Assembly (NCBI RefSeq): GCF_009914755.1
Contig: NC_060929.1
Strand: one strand, 5' to 3'
Origin: the human T2T-CHM13v2.0 reference genome, Homo sapiens
Length of the DNA stretch: 64,000 nucleotides
Shown: positions 44,216 through 57,502 of the stretch, piece by piece
Numbering within the stretch: the first letter of the stretch is position 1
Layout of the letters: every line of letters begins with the position of its first letter
Made by a program: the position numbers and the translations under genes
Notes under the pieces: model-generated
Told to the model about the DNA's origin: nothing
What the model saw: only the letters and a program-made list of their open reading frames with translations
Databases searched by the model: none

Positions 44216-46214
44216 AAAACATAAGGTTACCTTTGGAAAAAGATTTTCATAAAATATTTATTTTGGATTGTTGCTAAGCATAGTCTAATAGTAAATTAAA
44301 AATATATACATATATATGTATATATACACACCTTTACCAATAAGACTTGTCATTCTTTACCCAGCACCTCTCTCTCTCTCCCCTGCCTCCATCTCTCTTT
44401 TCCACACAAAAAACAATTCTGTTAAAAGCCAGAAGCCTTGCAGTAATTGCTTTCTTGGGATTCTGAAATTAGTGTACCTCTCCCTATTTATTTAGCTGTT
44501 TGAAAACGATGAGAGATTTCTTAACACAACCAAAGAAGATTCAAATCTCACAATCTATAGCCTAGAAAGGTGTTGCCATGAATGCAAAACATTTGGAAAA
44601 GTTGATGGGCTAAGTTTTATAACCTCTAGTGAACCAGCTCTTCTGAGGGCAGGGCCAATGTAGTATTTTCAATGTCTCCAACCCTTCAAAATTGCCTTTC
44701 TCTCAGCAAGACTCCTAGGTTCAGGGAGGCTGAGAAGGCTACATTTTGAAAACACATTGTTCAAAACTCTGTTTTAGAAAAAAATATTGATGCTTTTCTA
44801 TTAACCCTGGAATGAAATAGAGAAGAGTTTGACTCAATAATGACAGTGTATTTATGTTTCCAAGAAAACAGTCCCATTTTAATTGGCTAAGGGAGCCACC
44901 ACTCAATCCTCCTGCTCTGTGGGATTGTAAAATTAGGTGAGCATATAATTAAGGACGAAAATCCAAATGTAAAACAGAGTTACTTTATTAATCTGGACGA
45001 GTACTGTCTGTCTCACTCATTGCAGGGCTTCTGATAATGGTGATGAAGATGGTTTAATCTTGAAGTTGAAATGAGACTTCCTTCTCCATTCACCTCCCGA
45101 ATTTTAAACAGTTACTTCTCAAGATTTAGTTGTGTATCATTGCATTTTGATTAATTGGCTTAATTGAGGATTATCAATTGTTTTATACCATTGCTTTCCT
45201 AATCTTGAATTTTTAAATTCATTTTTAGACATTTCTGCGTGTGCGTGTTTCCATGTGTGTGTGCATGTGTGTGTGCATTTCCATCACAAAGTATTTGTTA
45301 AAGATACTGTTTTTTTCTGGTTTGTTTTCCCCCAGGATTTCTGAAAACACACACACATGCACATTTGCATATAGTTGACAATTTATATCAATATAGACTT
45401 CTTGGGTTATATATAGTTCTTTTTTCTCAAGACTGTCAATATCATTGCATTGCCTTCTGGTGTTTCATGCTGTATATGAAAAGGCTAAGAGAGCTTTTTC
45501 TTCTACATAGATAACTTTTTTTATTTCTCAAAATCTTGTTAAATTTTCCTTATTCTTGGATTTAAAATAAAATTAAAACAACATACCTAGCTTTGATTAT
45601 TTTTTTCACGTGTGTGAGCCTTTTTGATCTGCATATTTAAATCTTCCTATCAGGGAAATTTTAAGTGTGCTCTGTGATTTCAGTAACTATTTCTTCCCCC
45701 CAGCCCCCCATCAAACCCCATCAAATCTTCATACAGAGAAACTAGAATTCCGGTATCTATTAATGTCTTCCAACTACTGTATTATAACACTTTATTTTTA
45801 TCTTCTGAGATCTCAGTGAATATATCAATTTTGTCTTCTATATTTACTTGGATTTCTCTTCTTGATTTTTAGTTTAGTAATTATGTTATTCATCAAATGT
45901 ATTTTTCAATTATAGATTTCATGCACTTCACCTCTGCTTACTTTAATTTCATAAATCAGACATGAATCATCCCCTTTTGTTCTTACACAAACTATTTTTC
46001 AGGTACAAAGTTTTACCTGATTATTTGGGATATTTCTCTTTTTGTGGGCTGTAATACATATTTTGCTTATGTCCTGTGCTTTTCCTTTGTACTTTAATTT
46101 GACAGAGAGCTCCACTCAATAACATTGATTTGATGGTAGACAGTGGCTATTGGAGCCCATTTGGAACAGGTTTTCTTCTTCTTGCAGTATCTGTTTTGAA
46201 ACAAAACACTGTCA

Positions 46215-46330
46215 TTTCATTCATTCATTCATTCATTCATTCATTCACTTATTCGATAAAAATTACATTCCTACTAGGGCCCAGACACACCCAGTGGAAA
46301 TATAATGGAGACCCAACTAGGCGACCTGCC
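46215..46330 (-). mobile_element. L2 3' end with (TTCA)n
   Basis: (ttca)n followed by degenerate L2 terminal sequence. Confidence 0.6.
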
Positions 46331-47603
46331 CCATAAAAAAGAAGAAATCCAAGGGACCTACACATTTCAGGGAATAATACTTAAGTTATTATTAGCACTG
46401 AAAGTTCTCCCCATGCCAACCTGTGGTAGTCTTTACAGAAGTAAAGTAGAGGGAGCAAGAGGTCAGCCACCCTCTCTACCTGTACAATAGGGTGTAGTCT
46501 TACATCCTGCCAATATTTTCATTGTTAACATGGCCTTTTACCATTTCTTTCTGAAGCCTGATGCTTGACAGAGACTTCTCTGAAATCAATGTGCATTGAA
46601 ACGTAGAAGTGGGAGAGAAGGAGCAGAGTGATTTACGTTACGAGTTATAGTATTGTGTCTACAAGAGGCTATGTGTAAGACACAGTTTCTTTGTCTTCTG
46701 AAAGCTGCTGACACAATAAACTACCTAGTAAGCTAATTGTGCTTCTAAGAAGTCATCTCGTCATTTATCCAGCTAAATGAAACATCAGTAGCAGAAACCT
46801 TAGGATCCTAGTGATGTCAGAGAAGAATAGTTAAGGTAACATCAATTTATCTTGCCTCCAATCAAGTGAAAAAACTTTGGGTTTTTAAAGAACTTAACGC
46901 AACTACCGCTGCAAATAATATCTATTGCTGCTAAATCTTCAGATTCAAGTTTTATAATCATTTTCTGGGTGCTTCTTATAGGCTTTCACATTGACTTTCT
47001 TAACTTTTATAAAAATTGTGTAAGGTAATGTCAAATTTCTCCTTGATACAGGCGAGAAATCTAAGAAAAGTGAATTTGTGATGTTGGCCTAGGATTGGCG
47101 TGTAATTCTCCTAATGTAAACCCGTCAACAAGCCCAACTCAAAAGAAGCAACAATAATATTAAACATATACATATTGTTGAATTAAATTGTATATACACT
47201 TTACAAAATGCATTTGTAAACTTTCTTGCTATTCCAGATCATCATAATCTTCCACATCCTTCATGTTTTGGCAATAATTGATACTTTAAAGGAAGATTTC
47301 AAATATACTGGCTCATTTAAACATCAAAATTACCCATGATGAAAAGCAAAGCCGGGACAATACCAAAGTACAGAGAAACAAGCTAAGGTTTAGAAAATTG
47401 AAATGTCTGACCCTAAGTTTCTTCAAATATCTAGGGTCAGAGTTCTCTCTTGCACCTGTCATTACAAATATTATCAACTGCCACAAATTTGTTTCATATT
47501 ATTCACCAGCAGTTAATATCTGGTAATGTTTCATTGTTACTGGACCTCAGAAACTTTTATGATGTAGCCTGGACTGTGTTTAAATGTAAAAATTGAAAAA
47601 TAT

Positions 47604-48167
47604 TGAGAGGTGAAGCCAGCTGGACTTCCTGGGTCCAGTGGGGACTTGGAGAAGTTTTCTGACTTACAAGAGGGTTGTAAAATGCACCAGTCAGCACTCT
47701 GTAGCTAGGATTGTAAAACGCACCAATCAGCGCTCTGTGGCTAGTTAGAGGTTTGTAAAATGGATGAATCAGTGCTGTGTAAAATGGACCAATCAGCACT
47801 CTGTAAAATGGACCAATTAGCAGGATGTGGGCAGGGACAAATAAGGGAATAAAAGCTGGACACCCCAGCCAGCAGGGGCAACCTGCGGGTCTCCTTCCAC
47901 GCTGTGGAAGATTTGTTCTTTTGCTCTTCACAATAAATCTTGCTGCTGCTCATTCTTTGGGTCCACAACACCTTTAAGAGCTGTAACGCTCACTGCGAAG
48001 GTCTGCAACTTCCTTCTTGAAGTAAGAGAGACCACAAAACCACCGGAAAGAAGAAACTCCGGACACACCATCCTTAAGAGCTGTAACACTCACAGTGAAG
48101 ATCACCGGCTTCATTCTTGAAGTCAGCACGACCACGAACCCACCGGAAGGAAGAAACTCTGGACACA
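47604..48167 (+). mobile_element. LTR12 (ERV9; short LTR12F-like) solo LTR
   Basis: tgagaggtgaagccagctggacttcc start, tandem 'gtaaaatggaccaatcagc' CCAAT repeats, aataaa, duplicated U5 block, end ggacaca; TSD atat. Confidence 0.92.
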
Positions 48168-48574
48168 ATATCATATATATGGAACAGGCAAGAAGCAGTT
48201 AAGCCATGTGCTGAGTGATTCTGGGAGAACCAATAATAACTACAGAAACAAAATGGTTGTGGTCTGGGTGGACTGAGAAAGGAAAACTCACTTTTTCATA
48301 TTAAGGTAAGACTTTATCTATTTTGAAACGATGACAGTAGGATCTTAGTGAGGATCCAGGCAGCATTGTTAATAGACAATTTGATTTTTGCCACAAAGAG
48401 CGAAGCAAGTGGGAGCCATATAGTTTGGGGCCACTTAATTCTGTTGTTTCATGAAATAAGTAGAGGAAATTCTGACCTAATAAATGTGTCTCAGAGCTTT
48501 CTGATGCATGCAGAACCATCCTGGAGCTCTGAAAATTTGCCAAATTACAACACTGGCTGGAACTAACGAATAAT

Positions 48575-48990
48575 AGAACATGAAAACTTGGAATTGGAAA
48601 TGAATTTGAAATGTATTCATTCCAGCTCTCTGATATCCCTAAAATATGATTGTCCAGCCTCTGCTTTAAGTCATTCTGATGAGAAGAAACTCATTGAGCC
48701 CTGAGGTGGTTTATTACAGTGTCAGATAATGTTTTTTCTTAAAAATTCACCTGTTTGTAATTTGAATCCATGATTCACAATTAACCCTCAAGAGTTTCAT
48801 TGAATAAGTATATTCAATTTTTATTCATCAAGAACTTCAAGCATTTAGAGATATCTATCTTGTATCTTCCCAGGTCTTTTCTTTTTCAAGCTAAATATCT
48901 GTCATTTCATCAACTTTCTCTTAAAACACATAGTTTTTATTCCCATGTTCTAAGTCCTTTTCATTTTTTGTCTTTTAATTTGTTAACACT
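48575..48990 (-). mobile_element. L3/CR1 fragment
   Basis: 'tccagcctctgcttt...gaaactcatt' and 'gtcttttctttttcaagctaaata'. Confidence 0.6.
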
Positions 48991-49790
48991 TTATTTAAAA
49001 TCCTACCTGTGTTCTGGTCAGTTTATGACTATGAGACCAACCCAGGAGAAGGCTTTTCAGGTAGTTGTTAACTCTGTCAGCAGTAATGAGTATGGCTCAT
49101 TTACCCAATGAATTCATTTAGACATCACAAAGGTTGTTCCACTTGCAGTCTATAAGCATTTATTAATTACTTGTTTTCTGCCTATTTCAGTATTTCACCC
49201 AGAAAATAGAAATGCTTTGTGTTTCATTCCCTCCTTTCTCTTTCACCTACTTCTTACCCTTGTTGATATCTGCTCTCTGAAAATACTCCTCCTGATGCGT
49301 AAAATTACCGTGATGGTAACTGAGGAAAATTAACCCCCCATTTCCACCTATTGGTTTGCTTCTCTCACATGTACTTTGTCTTATTCGCACTCCTCTCTCT
49401 TTCAATGTCACAGTCATTATGACATTGTGCTTAGCCCTCTTACAAAATTTCAGGAATAAAATAGATCATTCAGCCAAGAAATACTATTCATTGTCTACTA
49501 TGAACAAGACATTAAACTGGGTACTGGAAATCAATGGAATAAATAAGACAGCTAATAAGAGACTTCAAACTCTGAATTTTTAATTAATATATCAAAAAAG
49601 TAGTTTCGGGGCTTATAAATTAAACCTCATAAAACATCATTAATTTAATATTGTAGTCTTAATTTTACACATGAAGAATCTGATGTTTAAAGTTGTTAGG
49701 AAACTTGTCTATACCAAGAGAGGTGATACGTGGAGGGTATATAAGGTTATCTGATGCCAAAGTCTACTACCTCTCAACCAAAATATAATA

Positions 49791-49868
49791 TTAGGTTGGT
49801 GCAAGAGTAATTGCGGTTTTGCCATTAAAGTGGTGGCAAAAGCCTCAGTTACTTTCACACCAACCTAA
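49791..49868. mobile_element. MADE1 mariner-derived MITE
   Basis: ttaggttggtgcaa...caccaacctaa, ~78-bp imperfect palindrome, TA on both flanks. Confidence 0.93.
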
Positions 49869-50009
49869 TAAATAAGTCACATTATTTTAGGGTATCATTT
49901 CAGCAGTCATTGTTATTTCTCCCATTTAATCTTGTCAGTTTTAAATCTTCAATTATTTGAGCCTATTTAAGGCAAAAACTCATCTTATTTTAGGAAAATG
50001 TAGTGTATT

Positions 50010-50028
50010 CTGCCAAGAGGTGGCAGTC
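50010..50028 (+). promoter_or_regulatory. Candidate CTCF motif
   Basis: ctgCCAAGAGGTGGCAGtc matches CCASYAGRKGGCRS at 12/14 positions; motif only. Confidence 0.35.
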
Positions 50029-50329
50029 TCATTCATTACACATTTAACTAGCCAAGGGCAGGGATATTTGTTAGTGTTCCAGATAGTCAGGCACCTCTGA
50101 TTTGAAGTTGTTTGGAAGAGATTTGGAATTTCATTGAACAAATAATGTACCACTTAATAAAGCATTAATGATCATCATAGTCACCCTGAACAAGCACAAC
50201 TGAGTGGAATACAATAGCAATTTTAAAACTCCATAAAAAGCAGAAACAAAAACAACTATGTTTCATCTCTAAAGCTAACATACTGAAGGAATTGATTTAG
50301 CAATTCTTGTCTTACCTGTAAAGCTTTAG

Positions 50330-50860
50330 ATATATTTAAACAACCAAGCAAATTCCTATTAGGGAACAATCTAGGGGACATACAGTATGACTCTTCATTT
50401 TCTTGTGAGAACTCCCATGTATATGGGAAGTTTCTCCTCTGCCCTCTTAGGGTCTCCAGCTGGGCCTAAGACTTAAACTGAAATAATTCGGATGAACATG
50501 AGAAAAGTATACAAGTTTTATTAGGATAGTGCATATACATGGGAGTCCTCACAAGAAAATGAAGACCCAGAGAAGTGACCACAGCAGAAAGCTTATATGC
50601 CTTTTAGAAAAATAATTGATAAATATGTGAAGAAATGGCATGAAGAAGGGGTTTGGGCTAGGGGCAAAAAAATTGTGGGTGAGTCATTAAGAGATGGATG
50701 CAGAAAACTAACGGAAAATATGGCTATCTCAGGAAATGTGTACAGATTCATTTTAGCATCCATTCCCATCTCTGATGATAAAGATGGGTTTCTCTCTCCT
50801 TGGTACTAGGAGGGAACCTTTCTCTTGGGATATGTTATGGCCTGTTTTTAAGTAGAAAAG
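50330..50860 (-). repeat. Inverted duplication 4, left arm (truncated LTR copy plus its flank)
   Basis: Reverse complement of 52566-53079, about 90% identical, including non-LTR flank. Confidence 0.95.
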
Positions 50861-52454
50861 GCCATACTGCACACAACAATGTCATGCAGTGTATTTTTTT
50901 AAGTTGGATTCTCTAAAATAACTGCAAGGTAAATGCTGAAATTGTTCAAATGGTGGGAAGGTAGTGATTCAAGCAGCACTAAAGAAGCTACTAGCAGCCT
51001 GGGAGGGATGCTGTAGGAACTCACTTCCAGAGTCATTTAGAAACAAACTATTGAGGAAACAATTAACTTCTCTTGGAAGAATTAAAAGAAAAAGAAAAAA
51101 AAGAAAACCTTCATTATTTACTAGTAGAAAACACTCCTGAGTTAGTTCTTGGAGAGATCATGCCTCCAACAAATTAGCCATTTACATAAGCAAGAGTACT
51201 GTAGGATTTGGCTCTCTAATTTATCTAAGTTTCTCAAGAGATTTTGGGTTGCTTTGTTTATTGTAGTAATAGTGTTAAAAAAAAACTTTTATTTTTTTTA
51301 AAAAAGAGGGTATAATCATATAGATACAAAATGACCACATGTCAACAGTTGTATTCAACTCAGTCAAGAAGAAAACCAATAAGATGTTTCCTTAGATTCT
51401 CAAAGGAAGACTAAAGGGAAGGTGACTGTAGGAATGCTACCTCAGGAATGCTGAAGTAATTTGCTAAATAGATGCGAAACTGGCAAAACTGGTCAGTCTC
51501 CACAGAGCAGTAATCAATTGCACACTATTTTCATTGTTATAAAATTGACTTTTTATATAATTATTAGTTTTCTATAATTTATAGGGTTATAAAATAGTTC
51601 AAAAACACTGAAAAGCAAGGATAACCTGGAGACAGTACTAGACAGAACACTCAGTAATCTTTTTGGTCCATTTTGAAGCCCTTCACATTTTTTTCCTATA
51701 CTAGAGTCTTGTTTTAATTGAACTTTATAGTATTATGAAAACATTCTAATGTATATGTGAGCTTTTAAAAAAATAATGTATCTCATGTAGGTTTGGCTTC
51801 TTCAAAAGCATTTTGATTTCATAGGAAGAAAAGCTTAATGAATCAAGGATTGTCTAGGTGACTTTGCTAGAAGAATTGCATCTAAACATTGATTAATGTG
51901 CTAAACATACATTTATTGAGTATAGGTTGTAAATAATGCACTTCCGAGCAGAAACAGAATTAACCTGGGCAAAATAAGTTTATTTTATATTATTTCTTAG
52001 CCTGCCAGAGCAGATGCTAGTTACAGCCAAAAGATCTATTGGATTTATTCTCTAGTATTTTAAAGGGTTCCCTGTTTCAGTAATCTCTAAAAGTAGGTCT
52101 GAAGGCTATTTCATACTGCTTGACACTCCAACAAGGTAGCTAACATCCATCCTCTGCCTAATTCCTTGGTACTCATGAGCCAAGCACTCATTTGAAATAC
52201 TTCTCTCATGTTAAAGAGGCTCTCTAATAACAAGGAAATTGTTTGAGCCAAAAACTTTTTAAAAATCACACATTAGTATGAAACAAGACTCACAAAGCTT
52301 CCCAGCAGCCTTAGGGGGCTGACAGAATATAATGTGTCTTCTGTCCTCCATCAAAACTTTCAGGACACCTAACCTGGAGCCCTTTCTTTATCCTACATTG
52401 TCAGTGTTGCAGAGTTCCAGTACTGTGCCCTCTGGGAAACAGTTTCTCCGCTGG

Positions 52455-53003
52455 TGTAGAAGTTTAGGACATGCCATCCCAAAATATGCCACTTTGCTAT
52501 ATTGATTATGTTGAGCTGAAGGCACATGAGAAACAGCAGATGCAGGAAGGGCCTTTTGACCTCCCCTTTCTACTTAAAAACAGGCCATAACACATCCCGT
52601 GAGAAAAGTGCCTTCCTAGTACCAGGGAGAGAGAAACATCCTTATCATCAGAGATTAAAATGGATGCTGAAATGAATCTGTACAAATTTCGTGAGAAAGC
52701 CATATTTTCCATTAGTTTTCTGCACCTATCTCTTAGTGACTCACCTATATTTTTTTTTGCCCCTAGCCCAAACCCCTTCTTCAAGCCATTTCTTCACAAA
52801 TTTATCAATCATTTTTCTAAAAGGTATATAAACTTTCTGCTCTTGTCACTTCTCTGGGTCTTCATTTTCTTGTGACTCCCATATACATGCACTATCCTAA
52901 TAAAACTTGCAAACTTTTCTCATATTCATCTGAATTATTTCAGTTTAAGTCGTAGGCCCGGCTGGAGACCCTAAGAGGGCAGAGGAGAAATTTCCCATCT
53001 ACA
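52455..53003 (+). mobile_element. MER34-like ERV1 solo LTR
   Basis: 'tgtagaagtttaggacatgccatcccaaaatatgccactttg...ttgagctgaaggca', aataaa near 52899, end ctaca. Confidence 0.8.
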
Positions 53004-53079
53004 TGGGAGTTCTCACAATAAAATGAAGAGTCATACTGTATGTTCCCTAATAGGAATTTGCTTGATTGTTTAAATATAT
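52566..53079 (+). repeat. Inverted duplication 4, right arm
   Basis: Pairs with 50330-50860. Confidence 0.95.
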
Positions 53080-53334
53080 ATGAACAGTCTGATTAGACAT
53101 TCATGAGTATATATTCATTAACTTTTAAAACTGCAGATATTTCTCCCAAATAAAGTTATGTCTGTGCATTTTAGATATGCAATAAATTCATTCATTCAAA
53201 AATATTTACTTAGAATCAATTGGTTAGTGTAGACAAATCTGTTCTCAAGAACTCTACAGTCAAATGGAGGAGATAGCTATAGAGCTATAGTTATATTTAT
53301 TCTGGAATTACTTGTGTTTCAAAATATAGATTCT

Positions 53335-53890
53335 ATTATTAGTCAGGTATGGCAAGGCCAACAGATTAAGAGACAATTGCCGTTGAAATGGTAGTTGGTT
53401 TTATTCACAGATTCCAAGAAATAGGCTCACAGGTTTTATTCACAGATCCCAAGAAATAGACTCACACTGAGAGTGGTCACACATGGCAGCACTGGGGTCT
53501 ATCAGGGGGTGGGGATGAGGGTGGAAAGTGTGGGCAAGAGCCTTAACAGTGATTTCCAGAAGAAGGACCCTGGGAAGGCTGGTAAGTAGATTTAATTGCC
53601 ATGGGCTCTGGGGCCCAGAGGAGCTATCCCTAATTGTCTGGCACCTGGCCCTGGAATGATTAGCCAAGCAGAGAGTGGGATAGTGGCCCAGAGTGTGAGG
53701 GCCCAGTAAGGGAATTTGTTGAAGTGTGAACTCTGGATTGGTTGGTTTGCATTTGAAAAGCTCACTCTTGGTGGAGTTGTTTACTCTCTTTAGGAATTAG
53801 GAACTAGAGAAACCACAGGAGGGGCTGGAATAGAAAGGCCCCAAATGTCAAAAGGTCAAAATACAGAAAATAAATAACAAGGTGAATACA
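53335..53890 (-). mobile_element. MER54-like ERVL solo LTR with a 35-bp tandem duplication (53397-53466)
   Basis: Minus strand begins tgtattcaccttgttatttattttctgtattttgaccttttgacatttgggg. Confidence 0.7.
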
Positions 53891-54265
53891 CTCATACTTA
53901 ATTTTTTAAACCCTCAGTACCAAAAGTAATGATGAATAAAGGAAATGAGGGGAAATACGACCAACCATGAAACAAACAAAAAGTTCAGAATTGTTTGTAC
54001 TTCTTTCTAGCTTCTTATAATGGGAATAAGATGGATAAGTTGAGCAAACTGTGAATCCAGGGACATAATCATAATTAATAACAGCAACTATTCAGGGTTT
54101 GCTTATCATGACTTGGGCATTATGATTAGTGCTTTTCATGCAGTTATTTGATTTGATTTTTCTGGCAACTCTGACAGCGTTAGGAAAGTGAGGCTTAGAG
54201 AGTAAGTAATTTTTTAAAGTTTACATAGCAAGTGAGTAGTAGAAGTGAAATTTATGCTGAGATAT

Positions 54266-54679
54266 TTTCACTCACGTCCATGTGAAGAGACCACCAAACA
54301 GGCTTTGTGTGAGCAACATGGCTGTTTATTTCACCTGGGTGCAGGCGGGCTGAGTCCGAAAAGAGAGTCAGCTAAGGGAGATAAGGGTGGGGCCATTTTA
54401 TAGGATTTGGGTGGATAAAGGAAAATTACTGTCAAAGGGGGTTGTTCTCTGGCGGGCTGGAGTGGGGGGTCACAAGGTGCTCAGCAGGGGAGCTTTTGAG
54501 CCAGGATGAGCCAGGAGAAGGAATTTCACAAGACAGTGTCATCAGTTAAGGCAGGAACAGGCCATTTTCACTTCTTTTGTGGTGGAATGTCATCAGTTAA
54601 GGCAGGAACTGGCCATCTGGATGTGTACGTGCAGGTCACAGGGGATATGATGGCTTAGCTTGGGCTCAGAGGCCTGACA
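54266..54679 (-). mobile_element. HERV-H 3' LTR (LTR7)
   Basis: tgtcaggcctctgagcccaagc... on minus strand; AATAAA at 54325-54330. Confidence 0.97.
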
Positions 54680-56489
54680 TTCCTGTCTTCTTATGTTAAT
54701 AAGAAAAATAAAATGAAATAGTGGTAAAGTGTTGAGATGGTGAAAATTTTGGGGGGTGGTATGGAGAGATAATGGGCGATGTTTCCCAGGGCTGCTTTGA
54801 GAGGGATTAGGGGCAGCGTGGGAACCTAGAGTGGGAGAGATTAAGCTGAAGGAAGATTTTGTGGTAAGGGGTGATATTGTGGGACTGTTAGAAGAAACAT
54901 TTGTCATTTAGAATTATTGGTGATGGCCTGGATACAGTTTTGTATGAATTGAAAAACTAAACGGAATAAGAGAAGGAGAAAAACAGGTACTAAAGGTTGA
55001 AGAATTGGGAGGACCTAGGACATCTAATTAGAGTGCCTAAGGAAATTCAGCATAGTCCTGTAAGCAAAGATTATTTATTTACTTCAAGAGTTAAGAGTGG
55101 CAGTTTGGGGATGGCACCAGGAGATATCAGCTGTGATGGCTTGGAGAAACAGTGTAAACCGGCAGTGTAAACAAAAGCAGGGCATGTATGAGTAGTTGAG
55201 AATGGTGAATAGGAGTATGACTAGACAGAAGATAGTAGGGATGACAAGTTTTTTGGGGGCACAGTCTAAGGTGCTCTGGTGTCTGGAATGAGACTGGGGC
55301 CTAATAAAAAGGAGCGTCTATACAGGAGCTCAAATGGGCTGTACCCTGTAGCATTCTGAGGACAGGTCTGACTTCTGAGAAGGGAAAGTGGTAAAAGTAC
55401 TGTCCAGTCCTTTTTAAGTTGGTGGCTGAGCTTGGTGATGTGTGTTTTTAAAAGACCTTTAGTCCGTTCTACTTTTCCTGAAGATGGAGGACTATAAGGG
55501 ATATAAAGGTTTCACTGAATACTAAGAGCCTGAAAAAGTGCTTGGCTGATTTGACTAATAAAGGCTGGTCTGTTATCAGACTGTATAGAGGTGGGAAGGC
55601 TAAACTGAGGAATTATGTCTGACAGAAGGGAAGAAATGACTTCGGTGGCCTTCTCAGACCCTGTAGGAAAGGCCTGTACCTATCCAGCGAAAGTGTCTAC
55701 CTAGACTAAGAGGTATTTTAGTTATCTGACTCGGGGCATGTTGAGTAAAGCTAATTTGCCAGTCCTGGGTGGGGGCAAATCCTCGAGCTTGATGTGTAGG
55801 GAAGGGAGGGGGCCTGAATAATCCCTGAGGAGTAGTAGAATAGCAGATGGAACACTGAGAAGCTATTTCCTTGAGGATAGATTTCCACGATGGAAAGAAA
55901 ATGAGAGGTTCTAAGAGGCGGGCTAGTGGCTTGTACTATAGCATAGCCTGCCTTTGCTGGTGTGTGGCGATTAGGCCTGGTGGAACTGCCATCAATAAAT
56001 CAAGCGTGATCAGGGTGAGGAACAGGAAAGAAGGAAATATGGGGAAATGGGGTGAATGTCAGGTGGATCAGAGAGATACAGTCATGGGGGTCAGGTGTGG
56101 TATCAGGAATAATGTGGGAGGCCGGATTGAAGTCCGGGCCAGGAAAAATGGTAATTGTGGGACTTAACAAAGAGTGAGTACAGCTGAAGGAGCCAGGGAG
56201 CAGAAAGTATATGCATCAGGTGGGAGGAAGAAAATAGATTTTGGAAGTTATGAGAAATATAGAGAGTGAGTTGAGCATAGTTTGTGATTTTGAGGGCCTC
56301 TAAAAGTATTAGGGTGGCAGCAGCCACTGCACAGAGACATGATGGCTAGGCTAAAACAGTAAGGTCAAGTTGTTTGAACAGAAAGCCTACAGGGTGCTGT
56401 CCTGGCTCTTGTGTAAGAATTCTGACCACACTAACCATGCCTAGGAAGGAAAGGAGTTGTTGGTTTGTAAGGGATTGAGGTTTGGGAGA

Positions 56490-57052
56490 TTAATCGGACA
56501 CGATCAGCAGGGAGAGCACGTGTGTTTTTATGAGAATTATGCTGAGATAGGTAACAGATAAGGAAGAAATTTGGGCTTGACTGAAGTAATGGGGGCTGTC
56601 TGTGGAGCTTTGGGGCAGTACAGCCCAGGTAATTTGCTGAGCCTGATGGGTGTCAGGGTCAGTCCAAGTGAAAGCGAAGAGAGGCTGGGATGATGGGTGC
56701 AAAGGAATAGTAAAGCATGTTTGAGATCCAGAACAGAATAATGGATTGTGGAGGGAGGTATTGAGGATAGGAGAGTATATGGGTTTGGCACCATGGGGTG
56801 GATAGGCAAAACAATTTGGTTGATAAGGCATAGATCCTGAACTAACTTGTAAGGCTTGTCTGGTTTTAGGACAGGTAAAATGGGGGAATTGTAAGGAGAG
56901 TTTATAGGCTTTAAAAGGCCATGCTGTAGCAGGCGAGTGATAACAGGCTTTAATCCTTTCAAAGCATGCTGTGGGATGGGATATTGGCATTGAGTGGGGT
57001 AAGGGTGATTAGGTTTTAATGAGATGGTAAGGGGTGCATGATCGGTCGCCAA
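56490..57052 (-). pseudogene. pol: HERV-H pol (RT N-terminal part), frameshifted
   Basis: QYPIPQHALKGLKPVITRLLQHGLLKPINSPYNSPILPVLKPDKPYKLVQDL...YSVLDLKHA, then AFTWTDPDT...WAVLPQ in another frame. Confidence 0.92.
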
Positions 57053-57210
57053 GGAGGGAGTAGAGGTATCTTATACTTGTGGGTTAAGGTGGGGGGATAC
57101 AAGAGGAGGACGCAAAGGAGGCTTTGGATTGGGAAGAAGGGCAGCAATGAGATGCAGCTGTAGCCCAGGAATAGTCAGGGAAGCAGATAATTTAGTTAAA
57201 GTGTCTCGGC

Positions 57211-57429
57211 CTAATAAGGGAACTGGGCAGGTGGGGAAACTAAAAAAGAGTGCATAAAAGAGTATTGTCTAAGTTGGCACCAGAGTTGGGGAGTTTTAAG
57301 AGGTTTAGAAGCCTGGACGTCAATACCCACAACAGTTATGGAGGCAAGGGAAACAGGCCCTTGAAAAGAAGGTAATGTGGAGTGGGTAGCCTCTGTATTG
57401 ATTAAGAAGGGGACGGACTTACCCTCCAC
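57211..57429 (-). pseudogene. pro: HERV-H protease remnant
   Basis: FLINTEATHSTL: catalytic DTG reads NTE. Confidence 0.85.
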
Positions 57430-57502
57430 TGTGAGAGTTACCTGAAGCTCGGAGTTCGTGATGGTCTACGGGGCTTCCAAGGCGATCGGGCAGCGTCAGT
57501 CT

